A DNA stretch of 64,000 nt, from NCBI GenBank assembly GCA_039809265.1, contig JBDHUR010000001.1, positions 5,914-69,913 of the forward strand, given 5' to 3'. The notes below the pieces were generated by a model. That model was not told where the DNA came from. It saw only the letters and a program-made list of their open reading frames with translations, and ran no database searches. The DNA comes from Minisyncoccia bacterium. GTDB lineage: Bacteria; Patescibacteriota; Minisyncoccia; Phycocordibacterales; UBA9973. Every line of letters begins with the position of its first letter. Position 1 is the first letter of the stretch. The position numbers and the translations under genes were made by a program. Positions 9,479-19,248 of the stretch are shown here, in pieces.

Positions 9479-11239
9479 TTAAAACTCTATAAATATCGGC
9501 TTTTTAGGTCCAGATGGGCCAGGTGGCCATGGAGTATCATCTCCAATAACTTTAACATATACCCTGTCTGTAAGATATCCACCAGAAGTTGTGCCAGATG
9601 TACCTGTAGGACAGTCTATTTGAAATATTGTGTTACCTGTTATGGCGAAAGGTCCTTCTGTGCCGCTCGGATTTCTTGTACCAGACCAAGTGTTATTGGA
9701 AGAATAAACAGTACACATGCTAAATATGTCTGTGGTATTCCATTGTAAATCAACACTTCCTCCACCCAGTGGGAGCTGGATAGCTGTTGTGAATGTATGA
9801 GCACCCACAAAACTACTTGTTCCGGTTTTCTTCCCTTCTAAGTTTAATGCTGGATGTAAATCTTGCGACGCGCGTATTGCAATAACTGTATTTGAAAATA
9901 CATCTATATGGTTATCAGGATCAACACATTTCATCTGATAAGTCGTTGTGCTTGAAACGGACCCAGCGAGTAAATAGAAACTCTTTGGTGTAGAATAGGT
10001 TGTTGTAGGATTTGGTTGAAGAAAAGCACCGTTATCCCAATCTTGTGTTGTTCCAGTACCAGAAACAGCTTCACAACCAACAAGACCGTTTGCTCCGGTA
10101 ATATTTGATTTCCATGCTAATTTTGCATATGTAGAATTATAAGGATATGTTTGAGAAACAGTACCTCCTGATCCACAACTAGGAGAAAGTAGTCCCGTTG
10201 AATCTGTTATACAAAGCTCAAGTGTCTTATCTGTTTGTGGCCAAGAAACAAAAGTATCTGCATGCATAGTGTTGCCATCAGCATCAAAACAATCTACACG
10301 GAAATGGGTGTCTTGATACGGAACAAAGACTGAGCCGACAGTGCGAGTTATGTTTGCTCCGGAAAGAGTAAGCAGGTTTCCCGTCCAGTTTGGTACTGCT
10401 TGTGAAGCACCTGTAATATTGTCTACAGCCATTCCTCCAGCACACGAAGTATAGTTCACTCCCGGGTCAGTAGAATACGTAAGCGACGTATAGTGGCTTG
10501 TACTTGCACCAGTGTTATTCAGATAAAGTGTAAGCGGTACATCTTGTGGATCTTCTGGCTCAGGATCGCCTTCGTACTTCACACCAGACATGTCTATCCA
10601 TCCAGGACCAACGTATTTATCTATACCAAGAGCTGACTCACCCACAGTTCCCACGACATCTGCACTCCAAGCATATCCAGAAAATGGATAGTTAGTAGAG
10701 CCAGCTGGAGATGGAGTAGTGGACATTACCACATTTCTGCTTGTGCCATCAAAGGAAACCCAGCCATCCCAGCCGCCAGAGTTTGTGCCTGTGGCACCAG
10801 CACAGCCTGTCGGAGTTACAGCAGGAGCACAGAACCTTGCCCAGCCTATTATCCTTTGGTTTCCGGGGTTGCCGACTATGCGAGCATTTATTGCTGTAGC
10901 TGTCGGGTCCGTAGTTGGGAAGCCGGATAGTCCGCCAAACTTCAGCCAGCCCACATTGTCCGTACCAGCCACAGAGTCCCGAGGGTTTGCCCAAGCGTAG
11001 CCGTGCAGGAAACCATTACTGTCCACAGTAACTTTGTAGTTTGATCCGGTGCAACCGCTAGCGGTTTTGCAGTTGAAGCTGATAGTGCCAAAGTTCGCCG
11101 AGTACGCACTGCCAGAGAGTTCTGGTATAGCAGCCACAGTTATCTGCGCGTCTGCCACCTTTGTGTATCTTGAAAGACCGATGCCAGAGACAGCAAGCGC
11201 GAGAAGTGCAAATATGATGTATCCTTTCTTGATCTTCAT
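9479..11239 (-). CDS. Secreted Trp/Gly-repeat surface protein with Ig-like C-terminal modules
   Basis: Four 'xGxAW..GWxxF'-type repeats (LSGSAYS, LHGYAWA, IIGWARF, FSGYAWS), Thr/Ser/Cys-rich modules and a C-terminal PIFIEF. Confidence 0.7.
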   Translation of the reverse strand: MKIKKGYIIFALLALAVSGIGLSRYTKVADAQITVAAIPELSGSAYSANFGTISFNCKTASGCTGSNYKVTVDSNGFLHGYAWANPRDSVAGTDNVGWLKFGGLSGFPTTDPTATAINARIVGNPGNQRIIGWARFCAPAVTPTGCAGATGTNSGGWDGWVSFDGTSRNVVMSTTPSPAGSTNYPFSGYAWSADVVGTVGESALGIDKYVGPGWIDMSGVKYEGDPEPEDPQDVPLTLYLNNTGASTSHYTSLTYSTDPGVNYTSCAGGMAVDNITGASQAVPNWTGNLLTLSGANITRTVGSVFVPYQDTHFRVDCFDADGNTMHADTFVSWPQTDKTLELCITDSTGLLSPSCGSGGTVSQTYPYNSTYAKLAWKSNITGANGLVGCEAVSGTGTTQDWDNGAFLQPNPTTTYSTPKSFYLLAGSVSSTTTYQMKCVDPDNHIDVFSNTVIAIRASQDLHPALNLEGKKTGTSSFVGAHTFTTAIQLPLGGGSVDLQWNTTDIFSMCTVYSSNNTWSGTRNPSGTEGPFAITGNTIFQIDCPTGTSGTTSGGYLTDRVYVKVIGDDTPWPPGPSGPKKPIFIEF

Positions 11240-11240
11240 T

Positions 11241-11564
11241 TTAACGAGAATTTAACTTATTAAAAATGTCGGTCTTTTGCTCGTCTGTAAGATTGTTGCC
11301 AGACCATTGCTCTTCTTGTGAATGTTGTATCACGGCTTGCTGGTCTGCCTCTGAGTATTCTGGCGCTGGATACATAGCTTCTGCCTGCTCTATGACTTGC
11401 TGCTTTTGCTCGTCTGTAAGTTCTTGGCCGGAGTTTACACCGCGAGAAACTTTCTGATGTTCATATCTGTACCAAAAAACGCCAAGCAAGACCACAAGCA
11501 CCAGCACAAAAAGTGAAATGGCTAGGTTACGTGAAGCATGCGGATGTGAAGGAATAGGTTCCAT
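11241..11564 (-). CDS. Small single-TM protein with repeated LTDEQK motif
   Basis: One TM helix; ELTDEQKQQ and NLTDEQKTD; start ATG 11564. Confidence 0.7.
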   Translation of the reverse strand: MEPIPSHPHASRNLAISLFVLVLVVLLGVFWYRYEHQKVSRGVNSGQELTDEQKQQVIEQAEAMYPAPEYSEADQQAVIQHSQEEQWSGNNLTDEQKTDIFNKLNSR

Positions 11565-11636
11565 ACAAATATATAGTATCATTTCTTTTGGGCAGAGGAA
11601 GAAAAACATTGTGGATAAATGCGCGAGAAAAAGTTT

Positions 11637-11702
11637 TTGACTTTTCTGCGTTTTTTTGATAGCATAGTGAACATCAAGTCGGTCGCGAACCCGACTTTTT
11701 TT
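11637..11702 (+). promoter_or_regulatory. nusA promoter and leader terminator (attenuator)
   Basis: TTGACT(11637)-17bp-TAGCAT(11660), then AAGTCGG-tcgcgaac-CCGAC-T7 (11676-11702) before the ATG. Confidence 0.65.
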
Positions 11703-11747
11703 AATAAAATTTAATACTGCCTGCCTACGCAGGAAACAATAAAATAT

Positions 11748-13043
11748 ATGTTAGACCTAAAAACAATGAAATCTGCTCTTGAACAGCTTGAAGAAGAGCG
11801 AAAAATACCAAAAGAAAAGATCATAGAAGCCATAGAACAAGCACTTGCTGCTGCCTACAAGAAAGACTACGGTAAAAAAGGCCAGATAATCCGCGCAAAA
11901 TTTGATACAGATACAGGAAAAACAGACTTCTACCAAGTAAAGATAGTGGTAGACGACACTACTGCACGCATACCTAAAGACGGCGAAAGCGAGGAAGAAA
12001 TGCCAGAGGAGGTAGAGGGAGACGACCGTGTACGCTTCAATCCAGAGCACCATATACTGCTGGAAGATGCGAAGATAATGAAAAAGGACGCCGAAGTAGA
12101 AGACGAAATGATATTCCCTCTTGAAGGCAAAGACGATTACGGCCGCATTGCTGCCCAGACGGCAAAGCAAGTTATCATACAGCGTATCCGCGAAGCAGAA
12201 CGCGGCGCAGTGATAGACGAATACGGCACAAAGGAGGGCGAGATAATAAACGGTATAGTATCAAAAGTAGAGAGAGGCAATATATATGTAGACTTCAACC
12301 GAGCTTCAGGCGTAATACCTTTTGAAGAGCAAATCCCGGGCGAACACTACCGTCGAGGCGACAGAATAAAGGCTTATCTCTACGCAGTAGAGGAATCTCC
12401 TCGTGGAGTAAACTTGCGCCTGTCCCGCAGCCACCCGAAACTTATAGAAAAACTTTTTGCAATGGAAGCACCAGAAATAGCCAGCGGCGTGGTAGAGATA
12501 AGGTCCATAGCTCGCGAAGCTGGTTCCAGAAGCAAAATAGCAGTTGCCACCAACGACGAACACATAGACCCAGTCGGCGCATGTGTGGGACAAAAAGGTG
12601 TCAGAGTAACAACAGTTATGAATGAGTTAAACGGAGAAAAGATAGACATCATACCTTGGTCTGAAGACCCGATGACATTTGTAGCCAACTCTCTGTCCCC
12701 AGCAAAAGCTCTTGATATAGAGATAAACGAAGACGAACGCAAAGCATCTATAGAAGTGGCAGACGACCAGCTTTCCCTAGCTATCGGCAAAGGCGGACAA
12801 AATGTACGACTTGCAGCAAAGCTAACTGGCTGGAGAATAGACATCAAAGGCATAAAGGGAGAAGAAATGGATAGCGATGAAGACATAGCAGACGATGACG
12901 AAGGATTTGTAAAGCTCTCTGACCTGAAAGAAGATGCGGGAGAAAACGTCGCGGACGAAGATAACACGGAAACAGAAGCTATCGCGGACGAGATGATGGC
13001 AAGCGAGCCAGAAGTAGAAGTAACAGAGGAAAAAGAAGAATAA
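11748..13043 (+). CDS. nusA: Transcription termination/antitermination factor NusA
   Basis: GRIAAQTAKQVI, S1 and KH domains (AREAGSRSKIAV, DPVGACVG, AIGKGGQNVRLA), acidic tail. Confidence 0.98.
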   Translation: MLDLKTMKSALEQLEEERKIPKEKIIEAIEQALAAAYKKDYGKKGQIIRAKFDTDTGKTDFYQVKIVVDDTTARIPKDGESEEEMPEEVEGDDRVRFNPEHHILLEDAKIMKKDAEVEDEMIFPLEGKDDYGRIAAQTAKQVIIQRIREAERGAVIDEYGTKEGEIINGIVSKVERGNIYVDFNRASGVIPFEEQIPGEHYRRGDRIKAYLYAVEESPRGVNLRLSRSHPKLIEKLFAMEAPEIASGVVEIRSIAREAGSRSKIAVATNDEHIDPVGACVGQKGVRVTTVMNELNGEKIDIIPWSEDPMTFVANSLSPAKALDIEINEDERKASIEVADDQLSLAIGKGGQNVRLAAKLTGWRIDIKGIKGEEMDSDEDIADDDEGFVKLSDLKEDAGENVADEDNTETEAIADEMMASEPEVEVTEEKEE

Positions 13044-13051
13044 CAGAGCAG

Positions 13052-13084
13052 AAAAAAACGCCGCTTTTCAGCGGCGTTTTTTTC
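13052..13084 (+). terminator. Intrinsic terminator after nusA
   Basis: AAAAAACGCCGCT-tttc-AGCGGCGTTTTTTTT. Confidence 0.85.
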
Positions 13085-13099
13085 TGCTACCATGAAACC

Positions 13100-13687
13100 A
13101 TGGCAAACATAAATCATAAACCTTCAAAGTACATGCTAAACCTTCTGCATGTACTTCCGTCTTTTGCAGATGAAACAAATGCTATTGCGAACACGATAAT
13201 AGAAGTATCTGCCGGCTCAATAAACAAATACGAGCTCATAACAGAGAGCGGGCAACTAAAGCTGGACAGAGTTGGCTACTCTTCTCTTGCCTATCCGTTC
13301 ACATACGGAGCTATACCTCAGACTTGGGACCTAGATGGAGACCCTCTGGATGTAGAGATAGTAAACATCACCGAACCATTGGTTCCAGGGTCTGTGGCAG
13401 AAATACGTATTATAGGTGCAATGAAGTTCGTAGATGGAGGCGAAGTGGACGACAAAATTATTGCTGTTTTGGCTAGCGACAAACGCTCTGACCATATAAA
13501 AGAGTACACAGACCTTGGCGAATACTTCTTAAAGGAAACGAAATACTATTGGGAGAACTACAAAGCCCTGAAAAAGCCTGGCACAGGCGCAGTCGGAGAA
13601 TTCCTCGGCAAAGATGAAGCTGTGAAGATAGTAAAAGAATGCACGGAACGCTACCAGAGTGAATATGCACCAAAGCTAGCGGAATAA
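13100..13687 (+). CDS. ppa: Family I inorganic pyrophosphatase
   Basis: IIEV..GS.NKYE, LDR, YG.IPQT, DGDPLDV and GEVDDKII motifs. Confidence 0.93.
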   Translation: MANINHKPSKYMLNLLHVLPSFADETNAIANTIIEVSAGSINKYELITESGQLKLDRVGYSSLAYPFTYGAIPQTWDLDGDPLDVEIVNITEPLVPGSVAEIRIIGAMKFVDGGEVDDKIIAVLASDKRSDHIKEYTDLGEYFLKETKYYWENYKALKKPGTGAVGEFLGKDEAVKIVKECTERYQSEYAPKLAE

Positions 13688-13783
13688 AAGATGTGGAACT
13701 TGTCAAATGTACCGCCGTCACGGCGGTATTTTGATATGCGTTATATATGATGTGCTTAGATTATAAACTTAATCCAAAATTTT

Positions 13784-14419
13784 ATGAAAAAATATCTTAT
13801 TGTTGTCCTGTGTGCCTTAGCTCTTTCGCCGATAGCTACGTCTGCACATTACAATACAACAGGCGAAAAAAATAAAAATGGGGAAAGCAGATTAAACATT
13901 GGTTTATTTGTAAAGAAAGATGACGACACAAAGAAAGACGACAAGCGTAAAAACAAAGGTGAAGTAAAGACAAACGTAAATGTGAACATGGGCAAGAGGT
14001 TCTTTAATAATTTTAACAACAGTGGCAAGTTTATGGACTGGAAAATCAGATTTGATGCACATAAAAAGTTCGGCATGGCGCTTGAGAACTTTGACAACAT
14101 CATCGCTCGCATAGACACTCGTGTGGCAAAGATGAAGACAGATGGCAAGAACACTGCTACTGCAGACACATTCATAGCAACAGCAAAGACAAACCTTGCT
14201 GACGCGAAAAACTTCCAAGCTCAGATAAAGGCTATAGTAGACGCTCACCCAGCCAACACAGATGTAACAGATGCCGAGAAAACACAGATCAAAGATTTGG
14301 CAACAAAGGAAAAGACTTCCCTAAAAGCAGTTTGGGAAAACTTGGTAAATGCTATGAAAGAGCTGCACAAGATAGATATGGCAGCAAAAACTAGCGCAAC
14401 TACAACAACCACAAATTAG
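13784..14419 (+). CDS. Secreted Lys-rich helical hypothetical protein
   Basis: Signal peptide (ATSA|H) and a helical-bundle-like C-terminus. Confidence 0.7.
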   Translation: MKKYLIVVLCALALSPIATSAHYNTTGEKNKNGESRLNIGLFVKKDDDTKKDDKRKNKGEVKTNVNVNMGKRFFNNFNNSGKFMDWKIRFDAHKKFGMALENFDNIIARIDTRVAKMKTDGKNTATADTFIATAKTNLADAKNFQAQIKAIVDAHPANTDVTDAEKTQIKDLATKEKTSLKAVWENLVNAMKELHKIDMAAKTSATTTTTN

Positions 14420-14457
14420 TAGTATAATGTACGCATTATAAGTTAGCTGTAAATCAA

Positions 14458-14772
14458 ATGGAAAATGAAGTAAACAATTCTGCAGATGTTTCAAGGCAAG
14501 GTTCTGGTTCTGTTATTGGCTTGGTTATACTTATCATCATATTGGCTTTCGGCGGTGTATACCTGTACAACCGCTCCAAGAACGCTCCTGTGAACGACAC
14601 AACTGTACAAGAAGATATGGTAAACGATGGCACTATGCCGACAGGAGACACAGGTACGAGTGTGGATGCGTCTATGTCTTCCGAGCAGAACATGCAAAGC
14701 TCTGATGACCTGAACAGCATAGACCAAGACTTGAATTCTACAGATGTAAACTCTTTGGATGCAGGACTTTAA
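14458..14772 (+). CDS. Small single-TM acidic protein
   Basis: GSVIGLVILIIILAFGGVY TM helix; SSDDLNSIDQDL tail. Confidence 0.75.
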   Translation: MENEVNNSADVSRQGSGSVIGLVILIIILAFGGVYLYNRSKNAPVNDTTVQEDMVNDGTMPTGDTGTSVDASMSSEQNMQSSDDLNSIDQDLNSTDVNSLDAGL

Positions 14773-14794
14773 AATGCGTTAGTTAGGAAAAATA

Positions 14795-14829
14795 CACAGC
14801 CCCGCGCGGCTCTGCCGCGCGGGGCTGTG
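14795..14829 (+). terminator. GC-rich hairpin/terminator
   Basis: CACAGCCCCGCGCGGC-tct-GCCGCGCGGGGCTGTG. Confidence 0.75.
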
Positions 14830-14884
14830 TTGCTGTCTTTACGATTTTGGATTTTTCGGCATTTTCTGCTAAAGTACTTTTACT

Positions 14885-15925
14885 ATGAAAATAGACATAA
14901 AGAAACTAGAAAAAAGCCAGGTAGAAATAACTGGAGAGATTGGGGCAGAAAAATTCGCTTTGTACCGCCCACAAGCTGTAGAGATAATAGGCAAAGACAT
15001 AGAAGTAGACGGCTTCCGCAAAGGCAAAGCTCCAGCGGAAATCATAGAAAAGAAAATACTCCCTTCTGCAATACTAGAGGAAATGGCCGAGCTTGCCATT
15101 AGCGAAGCATATCCAAAGATATTGAAAGAGAACAAGATAGACGCCATCGGCAGACCGGAAGTACTCATAACAAAGCTTGCTCTGGACAACCCTTTGGGCT
15201 TCAAGATAGTAACCGCTGTCATGCCGGAAGTTAAACTTGGCGACTACAAAAATGCTTGGAAAAAAGTAAAACAAGAAAATGCTGAGCCGGCTACCGACAA
15301 AGAAGTAGAAGATGCGATACTTGAAGTCCGCCATATGCGCGCACACAACGAACTTCATAAAAATGATAAACCGGGCGAGCACACTCCGCACGACCCAATA
15401 AAAGACGAAGACTTGCCAGAGCTGACAGACGAATATGTACAAAGCTTTGGCCCATTTAAAACGGTAGACGAATTTCGGGCAAAGATGAAAGAAAATCTTA
15501 CTTTAGAAAAAGCCGACAGAGCAAAAAGCAAATCTCGCGCAGAACTTGTAGAGGAACTTTTGAAAGATGCCGAGCTTGATGTACCGCAAGTCATCATTGA
15601 CTCTGAGATAGATAAAACTATATTCAAAGTGAAAACTGATGTAGAACAAGCTGGCATAAAATACGAGGACTACCTAAAACAAATAAACAAAAAGGATGAG
15701 GAAATCCGCACAGAAATCGCTCCTGATGCTGAAAAACGAGCAAAGCTAGAAATAGTTTTGCAAGCTATTGCAGAAAAGGAAAACCTAAAGCCAGATGAGA
15801 AAGCAGTAGAAGAGCAAGTCTCACATCTGCTAGAACACTACAAAGGCGCAGACCCAATTCGTACCAAAGTTTACATAGAGACGATAATGAAAAACGAGCT
15901 GGTCTTCAACTTCTTGGAGAAGTAA
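14885..15925 (+). CDS. tig: Trigger factor (short form, FKBP domain largely missing)
   Basis: VDGFRKGKAP ribosome-binding motif and LPELTDEY; 346 aa. Confidence 0.92.
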   Translation: MKIDIKKLEKSQVEITGEIGAEKFALYRPQAVEIIGKDIEVDGFRKGKAPAEIIEKKILPSAILEEMAELAISEAYPKILKENKIDAIGRPEVLITKLALDNPLGFKIVTAVMPEVKLGDYKNAWKKVKQENAEPATDKEVEDAILEVRHMRAHNELHKNDKPGEHTPHDPIKDEDLPELTDEYVQSFGPFKTVDEFRAKMKENLTLEKADRAKSKSRAELVEELLKDAELDVPQVIIDSEIDKTIFKVKTDVEQAGIKYEDYLKQINKKDEEIRTEIAPDAEKRAKLEIVLQAIAEKENLKPDEKAVEEQVSHLLEHYKGADPIRTKVYIETIMKNELVFNFLEK

Positions 15926-16000
15926 AACGGCAAACAAAAAACAGCCAGACAACATCTGGCTGTTTTTAAATTCAAACCAACTGAAATACACTTAAAAAAT

Positions 16001-16399
16001 TCAATAATAATTCCCTCCGCCTGTTGTGTTGCGTTTTTCTTCTACGACAACATTGTTGCTTATGTTATTACCACCGGATTTCCAGTAAACATCGTCCACA
16101 TAGTTACCATTGTTGTGGTACCTGTTTCGTGTTGGTCTTCTTGGTGCCTGTACACATCTTTGCTGTTCGCATGGACGTCTTACTGTGCGATAGCACCCAT
16201 TGCTAAAATACGTATAAGTAGTGTAACAAGCTGGAGCTGGTGTGTAGTACACTACTGGCTGTGGCAGTGGTGCGCAATATGTTACCGGAGTAACAACACC
16301 AAACGAAACTCCCGCGGAAAAGGAAACTTGTCCTTTTGTCTGTCTTGTAGAAACCACAATCCCTGTGATTAACGCGAAAATAATAACCAATTTCTTCAT
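16001..16399 (-). CDS. Orphan secreted Pro/Tyr/Cys-rich protein (Bacteroidota-like)
   Basis: MKKL..KG|QVSFSAGVSFG..PQPVVYY; own promoter TTGACT(16453)-17bp-TATAAT(16430). Confidence 0.7.
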   Translation of the reverse strand: MKKLVIIFALITGIVVSTRQTKGQVSFSAGVSFGVVTPVTYCAPLPQPVVYYTPAPACYTTYTYFSNGCYRTVRRPCEQQRCVQAPRRPTRNRYHNNGNYVDDVYWKSGGNNISNNVVVEEKRNTTGGGNYY

Positions 16400-16530
16400 T
16401 TTTATTGTGTTTTAATTTTTAACCATTATATCAGCTTGCACAATAAAAGTCAAGCACTAACAACACCATATTTTCCATGCTATACTATAGATCCAAACCT
16501 TTATAAACCTTATCAAATATACAAATTTTT

Positions 16531-17115
16531 ATGCTAATACCCACAGTTATAGAAAAATCACAATTCGGCGAAAGAGCTTATGACATATACTCTCGCCTTT
16601 TGAACGAACGCATAGTATTCCTAGGTGGGCCGATAGATGACAACATGGCAAACATAATCATAGCCCAGCTATTACACCTAGAACACGAAGACCCGAAGAA
16701 AGACATCATGCTTTACATAAACTCTCCAGGTGGATCTGTTACTTCGGCTATGGCAATATATGACACCATGCAACACATAAAGCCCGATATTCAGACTATA
16801 TGCGTAGGAATAGCAGCATCAGCAGCGGCAGTACTTCTCTCTTCCGGCACAAAAGGCAAACGTTTTGCTCTGCCAAATGCTGAGGTCATGATCCACCAAG
16901 TTATGGGCGGAGCAGAAGGACAAGCTTCAGATATTGAAATAGTCGCAAAGCATATATTAAAGACAAAAGAAAAACTGAACAAACTGCTTGCAAAAAATAC
17001 CGGCAAAACTTCCGAACAAGTAGAAAAAGATTCCGATAGAGACTATTACATGAGCTCTGATGAAGCTAAAAAATACGGACTAATAGATGAAATCCTGAAT
17101 AACAAGAAAAAATAG
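16531..17115 (+). CDS. clpP: ATP-dependent Clp protease proteolytic subunit
   Basis: [29 protein letters not shown] and DRDYYM motifs. Confidence 0.98.
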   Translation: MLIPTVIEKSQFGERAYDIYSRLLNERIVFLGGPIDDNMANIIIAQLLHLEHEDPKKDIMLYINSPGGSVTSAMAIYDTMQHIKPDIQTICVGIAASAAAVLLSSGTKGKRFALPNAEVMIHQVMGGAEGQASDIEIVAKHILKTKEKLNKLLAKNTGKTSEQVEKDSDRDYYMSSDEAKKYGLIDEILNNKKK

Positions 17116-17161
17116 TAAATAAAAAAACCGGAGAATACTCCGGTTTTTAAAAGCATAAATC

Positions 17162-17401
17162 TTAATGCCCCCTACCTTTTCCGTTTCCTTTCAACATTAT
17201 CTTAAAACCCAGCCACACAAGGAAGATAGTTATGATAAGGTTACGAATCTGAATACAAAGATCTATAAATCTATTCCAACCATCACGCAGGCTGTCTGGA
17301 TTAAAAGTAGCCCACAAAAAAAAGAATAATACAGTAACAACAGCCAGTGTTCCTACAAACCATTTATGGTTGTGCATAAATAATTGAAAGAAATTCCTCA
17401 T
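17162..17401 (-). CDS. Orphan two-TM small protein
   Basis: 79 aa with two hydrophobic helices; own TTGACA-17bp-TATCAT promoter; shares a terminator with clpP. Confidence 0.7.
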   Translation of the reverse strand: MRNFFQLFMHNHKWFVGTLAVVTVLFFFLWATFNPDSLRDGWNRFIDLCIQIRNLIITIFLVWLGFKIMLKGNGKGRGH

Positions 17402-17519
17402 ATATTTTATTGTTTAAGTTTCTGTTCACATGATAGCATATTTTATATATATTGTCAAGCATTCCATTATAGAAGTTTCTCTGTTATTATAAAGTTGTCA
17501 GATTTTATTATTTTAGTTT

Positions 17520-17644
17520 GGTTTGACCGAAAGATTCACCCGACACATAGACTTCTGTATGACTTCCCTTCCCATCAAAATCTTGTTTACACTATTCTCC
17601 AGAGAAATGTCTTCATAAAGACGGTATTTTCTTTCGTTCAAACC
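17520..17644 (+). ncRNA. Structured RNA upstream of rny (cis-leader or 6S-like candidate)
   Basis: GGTTTGACCGAAAGA (17520-34) pairs with TCTTTCGTTCAAACC (17630-44) at 14/15 positions; small internal hairpins. Confidence 0.45.
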
Positions 17645-17654
17645 GCAAAGTTTT

Positions 17655-19181
17655 ATGAATTTATTATTACTTTTGTGCATAGCCGGAGCTCTCGCCGTAG
17701 GTGTGGGTGTCGGGTACTATATGCGCATCATCATCTCGCAAGGCAAGCGCGGTTCAATGGAGCTTGAAATAAAGCAGATGATGATAGGCGCCAAAGAAGA
17801 AGCTCAGAGAATCTTGGATGAATCCAAGAAAAAGTCCGACGAGCGTGTAGAAGAGCTGAAAGAAGAGGAAAAGAAAAAAGAGCAAGAATATAAAAAGACC
17901 GAGGAACGCCTCATAAAAAAAGAGGAGCTTTTGGATGCTCGCCAAGTAGAAATAGACAAGGAAGTGGAAAATATAAAGCTGAAAGTAGAGGAAGTAAAAA
18001 AAGCCCGCGACAAAGTCGGCGCGATGGAAGAAGAAAAAATGAAAGAGCTTGAAAAAGTCTCAAGACTTTCTGAAGCAGATGCTCGCGCTCTTTTGAACGC
18101 AAGCATTGAGAACAAATATGAAGAAGATTTGCTGGTGCGCATCCAAAAGCTGGAGAACTCCGGCAAGGAAAAGCTGGAGAACCGCGCAAAGGAAATCCTT
18201 GCCACATCCATACAACGCCTAGCATCTTCTACTGCCAGCGATATGATGTCTACAAGTGTTACCATCCCTTCAGACGATATCAAAGGAAAAATTATCGGAA
18301 AAGAAGGACGCAATATTCGCGCTTTTGAAAAATCGGCCGGTGTGGAGCTTATCGTAGACGACACTCCAGGAACTATCATCATTTCATCTTTTGATCCTGT
18401 ACGCAGACAGATAGCACGGGTAGCGCTGGAAAACTTGATACTAGATGGTCGTATACAGCCAGCAAAGATAGAAGAGATAGTGGAAAAAGCAAAGGATGAC
18501 ATAAACAAAATTATAAAAGAAAAAGGCGAGCAGGCGGTATATGAAGCAGGTATCTTCAACTTTGATCCGAGACTTATTGCCATCTTGGGCAGACTATACT
18601 TCCGCACAAGCTACGGACAAAACGTCTTGCAACACTCCCTGGAAATGGCACATATTGCTGGCATGATAGCTGAAGAGCTTGGGGCAGATGTGTACGTGGC
18701 CAAGGCCGGCGCACTGGTACACGACATAGGCAAAGCGCTAGACCATGAAGTGCAAGGTACGCACATAGACATAGGCATACGCATCTTGCAAAAGTTTGGC
18801 GCAGATGAACGCGTGATCACAGCTATGAAGTCCCACCATGACGACTGTCCGCATGAAACGATAGAAGCTGTGATTGTGCAAACAGCGGACTACATATCTG
18901 GAGGCCGCCCTGGAGCAAGGAGCGACAGCGTAGAAAACTATTTGAAACGACTGCAAGACCTTGAAGCGCTCGTAAATAACTTTGATGGTGTAGAGAAATC
19001 TTATGCATTGTCAGCAGGAAGAGAAATACGCATCTTTGTTACCCCAGACAAAGTGTCCGACATTGAGGCCAAGAACATGGCAAGAGATATAGCACAAAAG
19101 ATAGAACAGGAGTTGAAATATCCGGGGGAAATAAAAGTAACTATGATCCGCGAAACCAGGATAATAGACTACGCAAGATAA
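17655..19181 (+). CDS. rny: Ribonuclease Y
   Basis: N-terminal TM, coiled coil, KH domain (KGKIIGKEGRNIR), HD domain (VHDIGK) and ISGGRPGAR. Confidence 0.98.
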   Translation: MNLLLLLCIAGALAVGVGVGYYMRIIISQGKRGSMELEIKQMMIGAKEEAQRILDESKKKSDERVEELKEEEKKKEQEYKKTEERLIKKEELLDARQVEIDKEVENIKLKVEEVKKARDKVGAMEEEKMKELEKVSRLSEADARALLNASIENKYEEDLLVRIQKLENSGKEKLENRAKEILATSIQRLASSTASDMMSTSVTIPSDDIKGKIIGKEGRNIRAFEKSAGVELIVDDTPGTIIISSFDPVRRQIARVALENLILDGRIQPAKIEEIVEKAKDDINKIIKEKGEQAVYEAGIFNFDPRLIAILGRLYFRTSYGQNVLQHSLEMAHIAGMIAEELGADVYVAKAGALVHDIGKALDHEVQGTHIDIGIRILQKFGADERVITAMKSHHDDCPHETIEAVIVQTADYISGGRPGARSDSVENYLKRLQDLEALVNNFDGVEKSYALSAGREIRIFVTPDKVSDIEAKNMARDIAQKIEQELKYPGEIKVTMIRETRIIDYAR

Positions 19182-19191
19182 GACAAAACCT

Positions 19192-19234
19192 AAAAAGAAG
19201 CGCAGATGTGTGAAACACATCTGCGCTTCTTTTT
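19192..19234. terminator. Bidirectional terminator between rny and the SIMPL gene
   Basis: AAAAAGAAGCGCAGATGTGT-gaa-ACACATCTGCGCTTCTTTTT, a 20-bp stem between convergent genes. Confidence 0.9.
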
Positions 19235-19248
19235 AATTGAATATTTTT

